This document shows, piece after piece, positions 25,901-38,427 of a DNA stretch of 64,000 bases. Source of the DNA: Euglena gracilis (taxonomy: Eukaryota); NCBI GenBank assembly GCA_039621445.1, contig CP154954.1:14302387-14366386 (forward strand), given 5' to 3'. Each line of letters begins with the position of its first letter. The first letter of the stretch is position 1. Made by a program: the position numbers and the translations under genes. Below the pieces are notes generated by a model. That model did not search any database. It was not told the origin of the DNA and saw nothing but the letters and a program-made list of their open reading frames with translations.

Positions 25901-28900
25901 CGGCGTGGAAAGAACGCAAAGCCCCCTGCAAAGAGGGGAAAACAGAAAAACTCAGAAACAGGAAGCGGTAAATATCGCATTGCACTTCAAAAGCTGGAGA
26001 TGTGCAACGGAAAGTGAACACAAGCAATAATATGTGATGTAATGTGGACAAAACAGATGCATATTTTTCGCAAAACAAAAACCACTTTGAAAAACATCTG
26101 AAAATTCTAGTGTAAAATGGAACATTGATGTATGACTCCAACCAAACAATATTATTATTATTCAAAATATTCTGTGCTTAAAAAGTAGATAGCATGGTAC
26201 ATTCTCATTCTCAGACAAATTCCAAGGCTCTGATGGCCAAAAAATGAACGAGAATGTCACAAGCATCATTGTGTGGTTTTAAAGCATGATTGTTTTGTGT
26301 TGGCATACCCTCCTTGATTATTTGTTGGCTAGCGCCGACCATGGCTGGAGCACCAAATTCAGAATGAACAATGGAACTATCAGGAGCCATGTAAGAAACC
26401 ACATGCACAGTGGCCTGGGGCTGCTGAAGCTATTGCAATCCCATCACCACCAGTTGGCCGTCCAAGTCGGCAGAACTTTTGCAGATAGTTGGTACGGTGT
26501 ATTTAGGTGCATTTAATTACATTCGTTTTTTTTTTATTTTTTATGCCATACAGGGCTCCTGGTTTGACCCAGTTCGATTGAACCCAATGTGTGTGATTGA
26601 GCATTTATGCAACTTTTTGATATGCCGCCGTTGTGTGACGAAAAAAAATGCCTTCCCCCCTATTTTTGGGTGGTCCTAATAACGTGTCTCGTTCTTGGTT
26701 TCTTTGTGTATTTTTGTAGCATTTGGCCGGGCAAGAATTCATTACAACAAAGTGTGAAACGTTCCATGAGTCATCCCCATTTTATTGTTCCAAAAAAGCA
26801 AGGGCTCTTCAAGGACAATGGGACATCCCCACCGACAGCTGTTTTCATGTCCGTCAGCCCCGGGCTTCATTCCCTGCCTGATGTTTCCCATTGCAGTGCA
26901 GGGTTCTCCTGTAATGTAACAGAGTGGTTATGAGGATATCCCTCTCTCCCTCTCTCTCTCTCTCTCTTTCTCCCTCCTTTCTCGTTGTGTGTGTGTGTGT
27001 GGTATATGTGTGAACAATAAATAGTTTGGGCGTCCAAAGTCGGGGGACAGGGGGCGCACACTTTGGGAGGTTCATTATTTGATCAAAAAAAAGTCGAAAA
27101 TATTGATTATCCGCACCTTTTGATATTAATTTCATTTTTTTCGATATTTCCGCTTTTTTGTGAAGAAGATTGATGTTTTCCCCATTTTTTTTTTGCTTCC
27201 CTGTCAGGGGTGTGGGGGAAATAAAATTTGGCAAACAAAGTCCCTGACCAGGGTCCATTATTTGGGGATATTTGGAAGGGGCGGGCATGGTGGTGATGAA
27301 TGGTGAAGTTAATTCATAATTATGTGGCAGGGTGACGTTTGTGCCCCCCAAGGTGGTCTCAGGTTTATTGAAGGATAGTGTCACGGTTGCAACTTTCTAA
27401 GGTCTAAGAGTTCTTTGTAAATTTCTGGACAGCAGTATTTTATAAAAGTTCTGTATGAATTGCACAGAATGTTTATTCTCGAAAGGGGCAGGTGATTGGT
27501 TAGGAACAGGTTTAGGGTTCCCCCCCCCCGTTGGCATTCTTCCCTCCTAGATTTGCTCGATGTCAGACTGGTTGAGTTCTTGCCAACAGTGTCAGGACAA
27601 TAAGAATTCATAACAGTAATAGCAATTGTCTTGTGTCAGAAGCAGGCGGCTATTCCATACATTGGGAGCAGAATGACCCTGTCCTCGCCTTGCACACCCC
27701 ACTCCCTCCAGCCCCGCCAGCTCGGACAGCAGTGTTGGGACCCACGGTCCATTCAGCAGGAGCCCTCCGCTCACCCCGGTGCTGACCGCACCACTCGTGC
27801 CTCCACGGTGGTCGTGCCGCTCCATCGATTGCCACCGATTTCGCCTTATCATGAAAACCACACAAGTGCCAATATTGGAATTGTTGTCCAGCTGAAGAGG
27901 TGGAAGGGATTCTGAATTTGAGAAATAGAAAGGCAATGGAGAAATAACTGGTTTCCTCTTACGCTTCCGGGTGCATACAGTAATGTGCAGTGTGCAGATG
28001 TTTTATATTAAAAAATTTATAATAATATTTCATATCAATTAGTTATTTACAATGTTGTTAGTGATAGCATATACCAATTGTTGGAGGAGTGAATTTGTCA
28101 AGGACCGTTTTCAGTCAAGGTCAAACCTTGCCTTCTTTGCTTCCGTACTGACAAGTTTTTTTCATCTTTTTTTGAATATTTTTTTTCAGGCTCTCAATCA
28201 GGTCTCAGGCTTTGTTACGACAGTGCAATTGTGTGTGCCAAACAAATGTGATTGCCGAATTGTATGCCACGCCACAGATAGCCCCCCTTCAGGAGAAACC
28301 CCCCCATTTCACAGCAGAACCCTCTGACGAGGGCTGCCCCACTGAATTACAAAAAAACCAGGTTTGCTTCTGCAGCAATGGTGTCCTGAATCGTACAGTG
28401 TCCCCTGGGAATCTATCCCGCCCCTCTCTCTCTATGTGTGTGTGTGCCTGCGCGCATAAGTATTTCTTTCATTTGTTGGGATTTCCAAAGTTATCCTTAG
28501 GCCGCCCTGAATTAAAGATGTTATTTTCTTGCTGCCCCGAAACGCTTTTTCGATCTCTTTGTGTCACGTTGCTGAATTTCTTTTCATATTTGATGGTGGG
28601 TGGGAAACCCACACTCAAATGGTGTCTTTTGTTGTCATTGCTTTCATTCTCTCGCATGTTCCGTTAGCAGAGTATATTCAACACTAGCATTTCATCCCCC
28701 CCCTCATCATGTCACCCGCATGTCGTACGACCCTGGACTTTGGACTGCAAACCATTGGTCGCATGAAGGGGGGGGTGACTGTCGTTATCGTTGGATGTGG
28801 TGGTGGGAAGGATTTGAACCACCTATTGTGCAATATGAAGTTGAAGTTTTTTTGTTTCTTTCAAATTGATTATTTTTTTTAAAGGATGATGGGATGCAGA

Positions 28901-29620
28901 GTGTCGGATAACAAGGTGTGAAATGGAGCAATTGCAGGATGGACAGCGAAGCGGCCTGCCGCTGATAGCCAGTCTCCACCTGCTCCCCATGGCCTCGGTG
29001 CCCATGCCAGGCTTCTGCCAACCACAACCCTTTCTTTCGTTCATGACCCCTATTCTTTCAACTGTCCCTGGTTTGATGCCAAGAAAATTCTTCAATAAGA
29101 AAATTATTAATGCCAAGTAACTGTCAATATTTCTTGCATTTGAGGAAATAATGAGAATCATTTTTGTAAACTCGGTGCTACTGTGGCCCAGCCACCCACA
29201 ACCCCCACCCCAAAAGAAGTTTGGCCAGCTCTTTTCCATTCTTTTCCATTTTTTTACGCCCAGTTGCATGGCCGTTAGGACATTTGTTCTTTTAATGTAT
29301 GTTGAAATTGGTATGCCGTTATGCACGTTCCTTTGCCTGCTGTTTAGCGACAGCTCTTCGCAGTTTTTTTTGTTTTTTTTTATTATATTTTTTCTCAAAC
29401 AGGAATTTGAAGTCGATTCATTCAGTATTATTTTCAGGCTTGCTAGGAAAACAATTTTCAAAGATTTTATCACATTGATTCCAGGGACTGCGCCAACGGA
29501 CCCCGTGCCATATGCTGACGACACATCCCAGCATCTTCCTCTCGGCCTGAGAATGGAACGCGAAGTGAAATTTTTATGTTATCCGAAAGTTTTGTCGCCA
29601 AAGACATTGGCTGGGCGATG
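22980..29620 (-). mobile_element. Family B repeat, copy 2 (putative spliced hAT-like transposase remnant) with nested insertions
   Basis: Colinear with 58170-62750. - strand peptides occur in hAT domain order: KAKSVAIDGAARP (~27840), SANHSLVEALDNGV...LRTILPYITKLY (~23250-23350), and GTLQMLSKSGMRLNAL (~22980-23025; GGWNGTLQM in copy 3), which resembles RWNST..ML. Confidence 0.55.
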
Positions 29621-32614
29621 GATAATTCAATAAGGGATGCTCAAAAAGATTGGACATAATAATGTCCTACTAAAGTTGTGATTGTACACTTGACCCACAA
29701 CCGCCTTGGGGCAACATTTCGACCTCATTGTGCAATGTGACCCCCCAGGATGTGTATTTGGTTTTTGGCCCAAAGATTTTGGGGTTCAGCAAAAAGCGTT
29801 AAAATGACCCGGGAAAATTTTGTCCATTTTTTTCGTTTTTTTTATTGAATTTGGAGTGCTTAAACCCAGAGTGACCGACCCCCTGGAGGGATGACTGATT
29901 CCTTTCTCTAAAAAACAAGTGACAGACTCGTTGTTGAAAAAGAGGAAGTAACACCCCCAGGTCCGGTCTTAGGCGGCGCAACGGAATTTTATTTTGCAGT
30001 TATGTGCAAATGTTCCCAGCGTTTTCTGCTAAAATCACTTCCCGCATCTGGGAAAACGCGATACCCGCTTTAACACTGCAAAAATTGACGCCCCCACTAG
30101 CCTTAGTGGGGGCGGGGGTGTGGGGGGGGGGGTTGTGGGGAGGAGTTGGGGGGGGGGGGGGGCGGAGGTGGTGAGAAACCCGAAATAAATTTTCTCTGTT
30201 CCTGTGTGTTTTTTCGGAATCGCTGTGAAATGTGCTTTTTTGGGGGGGTCATTTTTGGGGTCAAAAAACAATAAAAAATTTGCTCATCAGAGTCCAAAAT
30301 TGGCATTTTGACTGTTCTGCTGGTCAACTTGTTTCAGGTTTGTGAATGGGAACAGTGTGCAATGTGCGACGAGGAACGGTTGTATGCAAATGCAATACTG
30401 ATTTTTTCATCATTTTCACAGTTTATGTAAACCGACATGAAAATGATCGGCCTTCAGAGATTATGTTCCCACCCGTATGTGTTTCATTTCGGCTTTTCGG
30501 CTTTTTGCCATTTTTCTCACATTTTGCTTTTTCGCCGTTTTTCCGACAGCAAAAAAAAAGCTGTTTCGCCGTTTTCACCGATGGCGAAGTGATTTTTTCG
30601 CCGTTTTGACAAATAGCCATTCTGAAAAAAATCGGATTCTGATGGGTGGGAACTTAAGTCATACAAAATTGCGCATGGTGTGGAGACAAATTTTTTGTCA
30701 CAGTACGTAACCTACCGAACAGGATGCATTATCTGAGACCAGAATTTCTTCATTATGCAATAGTTTGCAATAATCCAGCATTCACAGTGGTTGGTGTGCA
30801 AATGTGCGCGTGAATTGTATTTTGAAAAACAACGAGTTCCGGAATTCAAAGTTGCGCATCTGTGATATTCCTGTTAACTGGATCAAAATACCGGCTTTTG
30901 TTGCTCTTGTTGCTGCATTTTTGCATTTGTGATGATGCCAGTTTTCCATGGACCTGAAACATGTCCACCCCCCCCCCCATTCTGACGACCCAGTCGTAGA
31001 GGATAACGTACCAACGACCCCCGGGGGGTTGTTGACAGCCTGGTAGCTGCCAGAACGCCATCACCTGCAATTGTGTAACGTGACTGTTGCGAAATCCAGG
31101 GGACGAACGGCAGGGGCTTTTGAGGATTTACCATAAGCATAGTGCCGCTGGTGGGCGTGGTCCGCGACGTGCACTTGGTTAACCACCTACCAGAGGTCTT
31201 CAATCTCCGTTTGGAAATGGACCTGGACCTGAAAAACCTGGTTGTTGGGAAGAGGGTGTGATAGCTGGAGTTGTGCACACCCGAAGAAGCTAATGCCAGT
31301 GTTGGTTGGGGCGGTACCTGATGGGGTCTGTCTGAACTGGACCAGGTTTTGAATGGTGTTGAGCTCTTAATGGGACTTGCACGTAATGGACGGCCGAAAA
31401 GACTAGCATTGCAAATTTCCCATAAATTATTATTTACAAATTCCACACCTGCAATTTACTGTTTCTTACAGTAATCTTTGAAAGGTTAAGAGGTCAGCGA
31501 CCCCCTCCCATACCCCTACACCCTAGACACCCCTTTGCGACCGAAAACTGGAGGTTGGAGGGGGGTCCTCCCACCCCCCCCCTCCCCCGAGATTCCCATA
31601 CAAGCCTGGGGATGTTATTCGCTGCCACACTTTACGGATTGGGCCGGAGCCAAGGTCCACAATCTGGCTGAGGTGTCTCAAGATCAATCCGCTTTTAGTT
31701 GTAAAAATTTGATTTTTTTTGATCCTCAATCAAGTTTTGTGGGCAACAAATTTTTTTCTGGACACCCAAAATTTTTTTGTGGTTCACCTGTGGACACCAA
31801 AAAAATTTTGTGGTTCACATGTGGACACCCCAAAAAAATTGTGGTTCACATGTCTTTTGTGAACCACACTAAATGTGAAGGGGCTCATCCCCGCGGCAAA
31901 TTTGGGGCAGACTCCCGGCCCTTCCCGGGACTCCGGGCCCTTCTCTCCGCTGTGGACCATTTCCCCTCCAGTCTGCAACGCCTTGATAAACACCCCAAAC
32001 ACACACTCCTTCCCTCCCATAAACCCCCATCATTTTCCCCTCCAGAAATCACCCAAACAAAATGTAAAACCCGAGATCTTTGGAGAACGAAGATGGACCG
32101 TTTATTCCTCCTCATTTCACCCGTCCTCATTCCTGCTGACGGTGACGAAAACCGAAATGCAACAGAAAAGAGATTTTCCCCCATTTTCATCCCCACACAA
32201 AAAAAATAAAATTCATTTGACCCCCACACCCCACACATGCTGCTTCAGAAAGTAAAAAGAAACTTGTTTTTGCCCCACAGCCCGTGCAGAATTTTTCTGT
32301 GGTGGCGTTGAAAACATATTTTTGAGATTGTTTTTCATTTTCGTACACGACAGTTTAATGAACTTTTTTTTTACAAATTAATATTATTCCACTCCAGTTC
32401 AAAAAGTGTTTATTTCTTGAAGTGAATATTTCGGAACCTGTTTGTTTTATTGTCATATTCTGGCTTCCTTGGGCAGCTGTGCGTAACTGTGTGGACCAAC
32501 CATTCCATGTCAAAAACGATTATATGAGGCTCTGCGGACCCCCCTGGGGACCCCCCCCCCCGGAGCCTTCCCAGAGGGCAGCCCAAATCAGTGAAAAATG
32601 TTTGCTCGTGGCAT

Positions 32615-33075
32615 TTCAAGTCAGTTTGGCACCCACCCACCCACGGTTGAAAATAGGCCAATGTGATTTTGGCCTTTACATTCCAGTGGGTGGCCATTCC
32701 CATGTTCTCCATTCCACATCACAGCCTCCGTCGCCATATAACCACCGTGCGGGCCATGTTTGCCGCATTCCTTTAGGTTACTTAGGTTACATTTCCTGCT
32801 ACAAGTTCACATGTGTTGCTGCTCTTTTCCAGTCACTCTCATTTTCTAACGTCCATTTTTGTCTCCTCCCATTCTCTTTCTGATTTCTTTGTTCTTTGTA
32901 TTTTTTTGTTGAATTATTTGAGTGCTAGAAAATAGGACAACCTCAGTGGTACGTGGGGAAAACCGCGATCCTTTTTGGAAGGACATTTGGAATGGCCAAC
33001 ACATATGCTTCCTTCGAAAAAATGATCCTGGTTGATTCTGGGTTTGTTCCATTGGAACTATCTGCTCCAGCATAG
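32615..33075 (-). repeat. Module duplicated at ~63525-64000
   Basis: Shared cagtttggcacccaccca, ccagtg.tggccattcccatgtt, ctgctacaagttcacatgtg and cattggaact. Confidence 0.8.
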
Positions 33076-33289
33076 CGGGTGTGTTGCATGTGTCTCAATG
33101 AGACAGACAGTCAGACACTCAGGCAGAGAAAGAATATTGACACGAAGAATGAGAGGGAGGGGTGTGGCTGGTGGTTCTTCCTGGGACCCCTGGGGTCCCC
33201 TATTGGAGGCAGGATTTTGGCTAAAGAAAACCATGATTTGGCTTTAAAACTGGAAACTGAATGGATGTTCCTATTGCGATCTCAGGGAT

Positions 33290-33850
33290 ACCTATTCTGA
33301 TGTGAGCCACCTCGGACCCTCTGCGGAGTTATTTCGAGCCTCCGCGGAGGCTAGTTACCATTAGACCAACAAAAAGTCAGTATTCCATTTTTGCAGTAGA
33401 CCCGCACCTTCTTACACCGTTTCCATATGCCGATTCGCACGCAGAAACACATTCATGGAAAACAGGCAGAGTCGATTTTCTTCGGATTGCAGAGTGGCTG
33501 ACCCATTGTAGTGACTGATTGTAAAGTGTCTGACTGGTTTTTCAAAAAGACCCCCCGCTGGGGGTAAAAAATTCTATAGTCCAGAGAAGAGTCGAGAAGA
33601 ACGGAAGTTCAGACAGCTCCGGTTTTCCCGGTGTTTATTTGATATATTTTGCAAGAACGAAAATATGTGCAATGAACCTGATGGGTGCAATGGAGCAGCA
33701 GCACACCACGCCGCGGACCAGTTTCTTGGAGCCATTTTGCGAACCCACCCAGGTTACAGTGGACACCCCCCGCCCCGTGACAGCTGACCTTCAACCTACC
33801 CACCAGTATCAGCCCACAAGACAAGGAGCCTGGCCTCTGATTCTGCAACA
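33290..33850 (-). pseudogene. hAT transposase pseudogene, two exon-like blocks
   Basis: ORF 33609..33872 contains GLILVGRLKVSC(H)GAGGVHCNLGGFAKWLQETGPRRGVLLLHCTH, matching hAT DGA..M.G...G....L....HC..H with D read as H. The next block gives VSHSAIRRK (~33476-33502) and AEGPRWLTSE (33295-33324), the RW motif. Confidence 0.68.
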
Positions 33851-36800
33851 TGTAATTCATATATGATGCCAATATCTCTCATTTAATTTAGAGTGTTTGT
33901 TTCCTAGACATGAATGAATTGAAGCACAGACCAATATTTGACCAAATAATTTTCGTTGCCTCCTTCACCGTATTTTTGACATTTTTTTTCAACTGTATGT
34001 CAGGAATTGGGGCTCATACCAAAACAGAAAACTACGGACGATTACAGATTGCTGCGGATAAGCCCAAAACCCCAACTATGAATAATTAATGATAACTGCA
34101 GATAAGCCAATTTTTTTTTGATTGTTGAGGCCATTAGCCACTTTCCGCTGTTGCATCTGGTTTTGCTACTTTGCTACATTTGCTACTTTTTGGCTGCTTC
34201 TGGCTGCTTTTTTTTTTGGCAATTCTGGCCTCCTTTAGCCCTTTGTTTTTCGTCACCTTTAGCCGTTTCTGACTGCTTTTGTTTGCATTTTGTCGTTTTG
34301 GCTGATTCTGACGGTTTTGGCCGCTTCCACTATTTTTTAGCCAACAGTTGGCCATTTCTGGCTGTTCCTGGCCGCTTTCATCCATTTTGTGGCCATTTGG
34401 CTATTTTTGACCTGTATCAGCCTTTTGTGCCCCCTTTTTTAAAGGGCCGCTTTTCTGCTTCTGGCTGTTTCTGGCAGCTACTGGCTGACTTATTCATTTT
34501 TGGTAACATTTTGCTTTTTGTGAGCATTTCAGAGATATTAGGATCAGTCTTTCTGTTGGTTGCAGCCAATTCTGGGTGGATGTCCCCAGTCAACGCAAGC
34601 GTCGTTGCAATTTCTGGATTATTTGCAAATAATTACAAATAACAACAAATGGCGCCCCATGATTCCATGATGGCACCCTCTGATTATCGTCCTAATGATC
34701 GCCTCTCAAGAGCGATGCAAGGCTTGCAGCTGTCATTCAGTCTCTACTAAGACCCCGCCAAGACCCCGTGCCCTGGTTGCTATTGCTGTGCCTACACCAG
34801 GTGCGAGCACCCATGACCCATGATCCGCATCTGTTCACTGCCCTCTTTGTTTGACGAGGTGCCTTTTCGCACTCCATGCAGGGCGTCGCTTAAGGAAGGG
34901 CACCTCATCTCCGGGTGGGAGGGTCCACCAGCCAGCTGCCTTTGATTTTACAGTCCCAGCAAGAATCTTTTGAGGGACACAAACGGACCAAATAAAGCAG
35001 GCAAGAATGGTCTGGAAAACTTTTGGCTTGCTAAATATTTGGGTGGAAAATCAAATGTTTTGCATAGTTGACTTTTTGTTTTCTTTTTTTTTGCAGCTTT
35101 GATTTTCTTTCGATCCAGTTCTGCCCCAGCAGCCTTTGTGCCTTTGTCCTGCTGCACCCCCCCACCCTGGTGGGTTTCTCAGGCGACGCCCTGTTTCCAA
35201 ATTTGTGTTCTTGCAAGCTTCAGCTGCTTTCGAGACATTTAGCTCTTCCTGCCTCTCCTGATACTCCAACATGGCAACCGTCGGAATGTGTTCAACTCCC
35301 AGCCGAAGGGGTGGGGGTGGATGGGACCACCGCAGTGCATACCTCATCCCAGGGATCGAAAATGTGTTATGTGTGTTAAATCACAGGATACACCCAGTCA
35401 GCGTTCGATTTCTGATTAGCTATTTTTTTTGGATCTGATCCTTTTTGAATTTTTTCTGAATCTTTTCTGAACATTTTTAAACTCTTTCCTTCTTATTTTG
35501 GGTATTTCCAAGCCTTTCTGTGATTATCAAGAACTCGTGGCGCACTTTTTTTCCTCCGCCCAGGTTCTGGGGGAAACAAGTCTGGTAATTGGCTGGTTTG
35601 ACATCACAGTTCTTTTGGGACGTGTTTTACTCTTATCACGGCAATATATCTTATGGTATTTATCAGCAGGAAATTACTCAAACATCCAGGATACCCCCAA
35701 ATGAACACGAAAAAAATTATATTACACGTATTATACACACAATTTAATCATATTGATATTATACATCAACAATATATTGTCAGAATAATTTTCTGATAAC
35801 AGAACTCGGCAGGATAAGTGATGTAACAACTCGTTTATTTTCTTCTGATTTGCATAACCACATCCCATTTCTTGGGGGTCCTGATTAGGTTTTACTCTCC
35901 TCGTTCTTTTGCGCCACACCGATATACCGTCATGCCACAGTTTAGGGGGGGGGTGGCGCTCCCCGGCTCTTGGACCTCCTGCCTGGCCTTGAGTCCAACG
36001 CTGGGTTGGCTGCCTTGGAAGCCCCCCAAACAGTCAAATGCGCTCACCGTTGCCGTCCCAGCCAGACGGGTGTCTTGTGTGAAAAACACATTTATTCCGG
36101 CTGACCGCTTTCTGGCCCACCCAAATCCCCACCATCAGAAGCGCACCAATGGGGCACCACTGGACCACACTCTGCACAACATTCTTGCCGAAAAAGGCAG
36201 CTTTTCCTGGTTGACGTGTGTGTTTCTGTGGTTGATTTGTCAATTCATGCAACTGAAGACCTTCTGAAAATGAAGATATGTTGGCATGGATTTAAGCGGG
36301 TGCGCAGTATTCTCTTCTGGTCCAATGCGATCTTTTTGGATACGATGGCTCCATAAATTTGTACGTATTTTATTTTGCTTTTTGCTAATAAAAAAGGTCA
36401 AGAGACCAAAAATGAAAATTATTGCGCCAATAAAAATTCAATATGATGATGAAAAGGGGTAACACATTCCTAAAAATGTCTGAAATTCGACTTGAATTTT
36501 TAAAAGCAGCTTGTCATTGTGCTAGCTCGCAACAAATGACTGGCCAGAAGTGGCAAACTGATCAAATAGTGACCCTGAAACGGTGAAAAATGGCCCCAGT
36601 AATGAATTAAAAGTCAAATGCCGAAATGGCCTCCCTTCGGAGCTTGCCACCACCCCGCCCCTCCTTCCATGCAAACTTGGCCCCCCTAAAGCTTGGCCTT
36701 CCTATTTTTAAGGTTTTTGGTTTATTTTGCCTCTGGCCCACCACATTTCTAAACCCCCCCCCATGCCCAATGAATGCCATTGCCCAATGAACAGGGGCTG

Positions 36801-37827
36801 TTCGGACCGTTTAGATCGTCACCATAATCCTTATCTACACAGAAATCGTACCCCGATGCCCAATGAACGCCCCCCTGTTCGAACCGTCTAGAATGTCACC
36901 TTAGTGTTCACTGGGCGTGGGGGGGGGGAGGTACAAACACAAAGGTACAAATTTGGCCCCCTAAGGTTGTCCCCCCCCCGCCTTGCCTTCCATCGTGGCC
37001 CGGGTCAAGCGGCCTGGCCTGGCCGATGGCCCGGCGGCCCGGCTCAGCACAGTCCGGGAAGCCCAAAAAGATGATTTCGGTATATAAAAAAAACAACTTT
37101 TTTTTGTCGACATCTTTGACCCGTAAATTTATTTCGACATTTTTAACCGGGAAATGACCCAAAACTCAAGCAGCCGGATTTGCATTTAAGCTTTTTCGTG
37201 TTGGTTTGTGCATTTGCGCAAATTACCTAATTAATTTTTTTTCCGGTTGTGTGGCTCCAGGGGGTTTGAAAACACGGCAACAAGAGGTGCAAAAAATGAG
37301 CAAAGTTCTGTTTTTGGCGGTGTGACCCCTGTTACTTTGGGGGGAAATGGTGTTTTTGGGGCTCCGAAAATTGGCTCGGAATTTCGAAAACCCCGGGACC
37401 TTCCCCCCCGGGAGTGGAAAAAAAACACAAAAAAAAAAAGCGGCACAGGATCTTTGCTGCCCTTTTTGCTCTTTTTTGTTGTTTCCCCCGGTGAACCCGA
37501 TCTGCCGGCGCTGTGTGTCCTGGGTGATTGCAGAACTGTTTTTCTTGCGGCGCCTTGGTGTGGTGTTTTTGGGGAGTTTGGTAAAGCGCAGGGAGGAAGT
37601 GCCGGGGTGTGTGGGTGTGGTGTGACCAAGCCGGCAGGAAGGACATAGGGTAAGTAAGACAAGTGCGGGGTGTTTGGCAAAGGGTGCGCAGAGGGGAAGA
37701 AATAGGGTGCACAGTGAATGAAAGGGACGGGTGTCGCCCACCCAATTTATACTATAAAATATATATAATTATATTATACAGTATTATATTATAGTAATTA
37801 TATTATATAATTAATAATTATATATAA

Positions 37828-38296
37828 TAGGGAATTTCTTAAGCCAGAGGGTCCCTACCCCCTCGGGGGGGGGGTCCAGCCAGCCAGCCAGCTCAAATCC
37901 AGCCAGCAGTCCAAATTTGGGCTGGGATCCCCCCACCCCGGGGGTCGACTGAAATAAAGTCGGGTCCAGCCCGGCCGGAGGCCGGGCCAGCCGGCCGCAG
38001 GCTGTCCAGCCAATTGGGCGGCCCAGTTCAACTATCCATGCATTTTTCCCCCTCATCAAAGCTTCCTCCATCGCAGCCCCCCAGCCTTGAGCTGGCTCTA
38101 TCCATCAAATTGTCGAAAACGGGAAAAATTTGTTAGAAATTTTTGTTTTTAACCGACCCAGCACAGCCCAGACCCCTCCAGCCCCGGACCCCCCCCCCCC
38201 GGGGGGTCCAGCCAGCAGCTCATTTCCAGCCAGCAGCCTTTTTGCCAGCCGGAGGCTGGACCCCCCCCCCCGGGGGGGTCCTTAAGAAATTCCCTG
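37828..38296. mobile_element. hAT-type MITE with CCAGCCAG internal repeats
   Basis: TIR (T/C)AGGGAATTTCTTAAG at both ends. No TSD is visible because the left flank is an AT-only tract (~37745-37827). Confidence 0.7.
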
Positions 38297-38325
38297 ATCT
38301 GCACAGCCCGGCAGAAGAAGCCCAA

Positions 38326-38427
38326 CCCTTGAAGGATAAAATTGTGTTTATGGGCGCAAATGCGCACCAACATGATTATGTTGGTGCGCTCATTTGCGCT
38401 TATAAGCACAATTTTGTCTTTCAAGGG
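38326..38427. repeat. ~100-bp imperfect palindrome (foldback), part of a family also seen at ~48238-48415
   Basis: CCCTTGAA...GCGCACCAACAT-gatt-ATGTTGGTGCGC...TTCAAGGG. The downstream sequence resembles 48305-48415. Confidence 0.8.

Noticed and set aside
29200-29570. Possible hAT C-terminal motifs (SQAER, ELAKLLL) on the - strand
   Set aside because: The matches are too short and their order is ambiguous.
30883-31446. 187-aa - strand ORF in a coding-like island
   Set aside because: No motif was recognised in any frame, so the strand and family cannot be supported.
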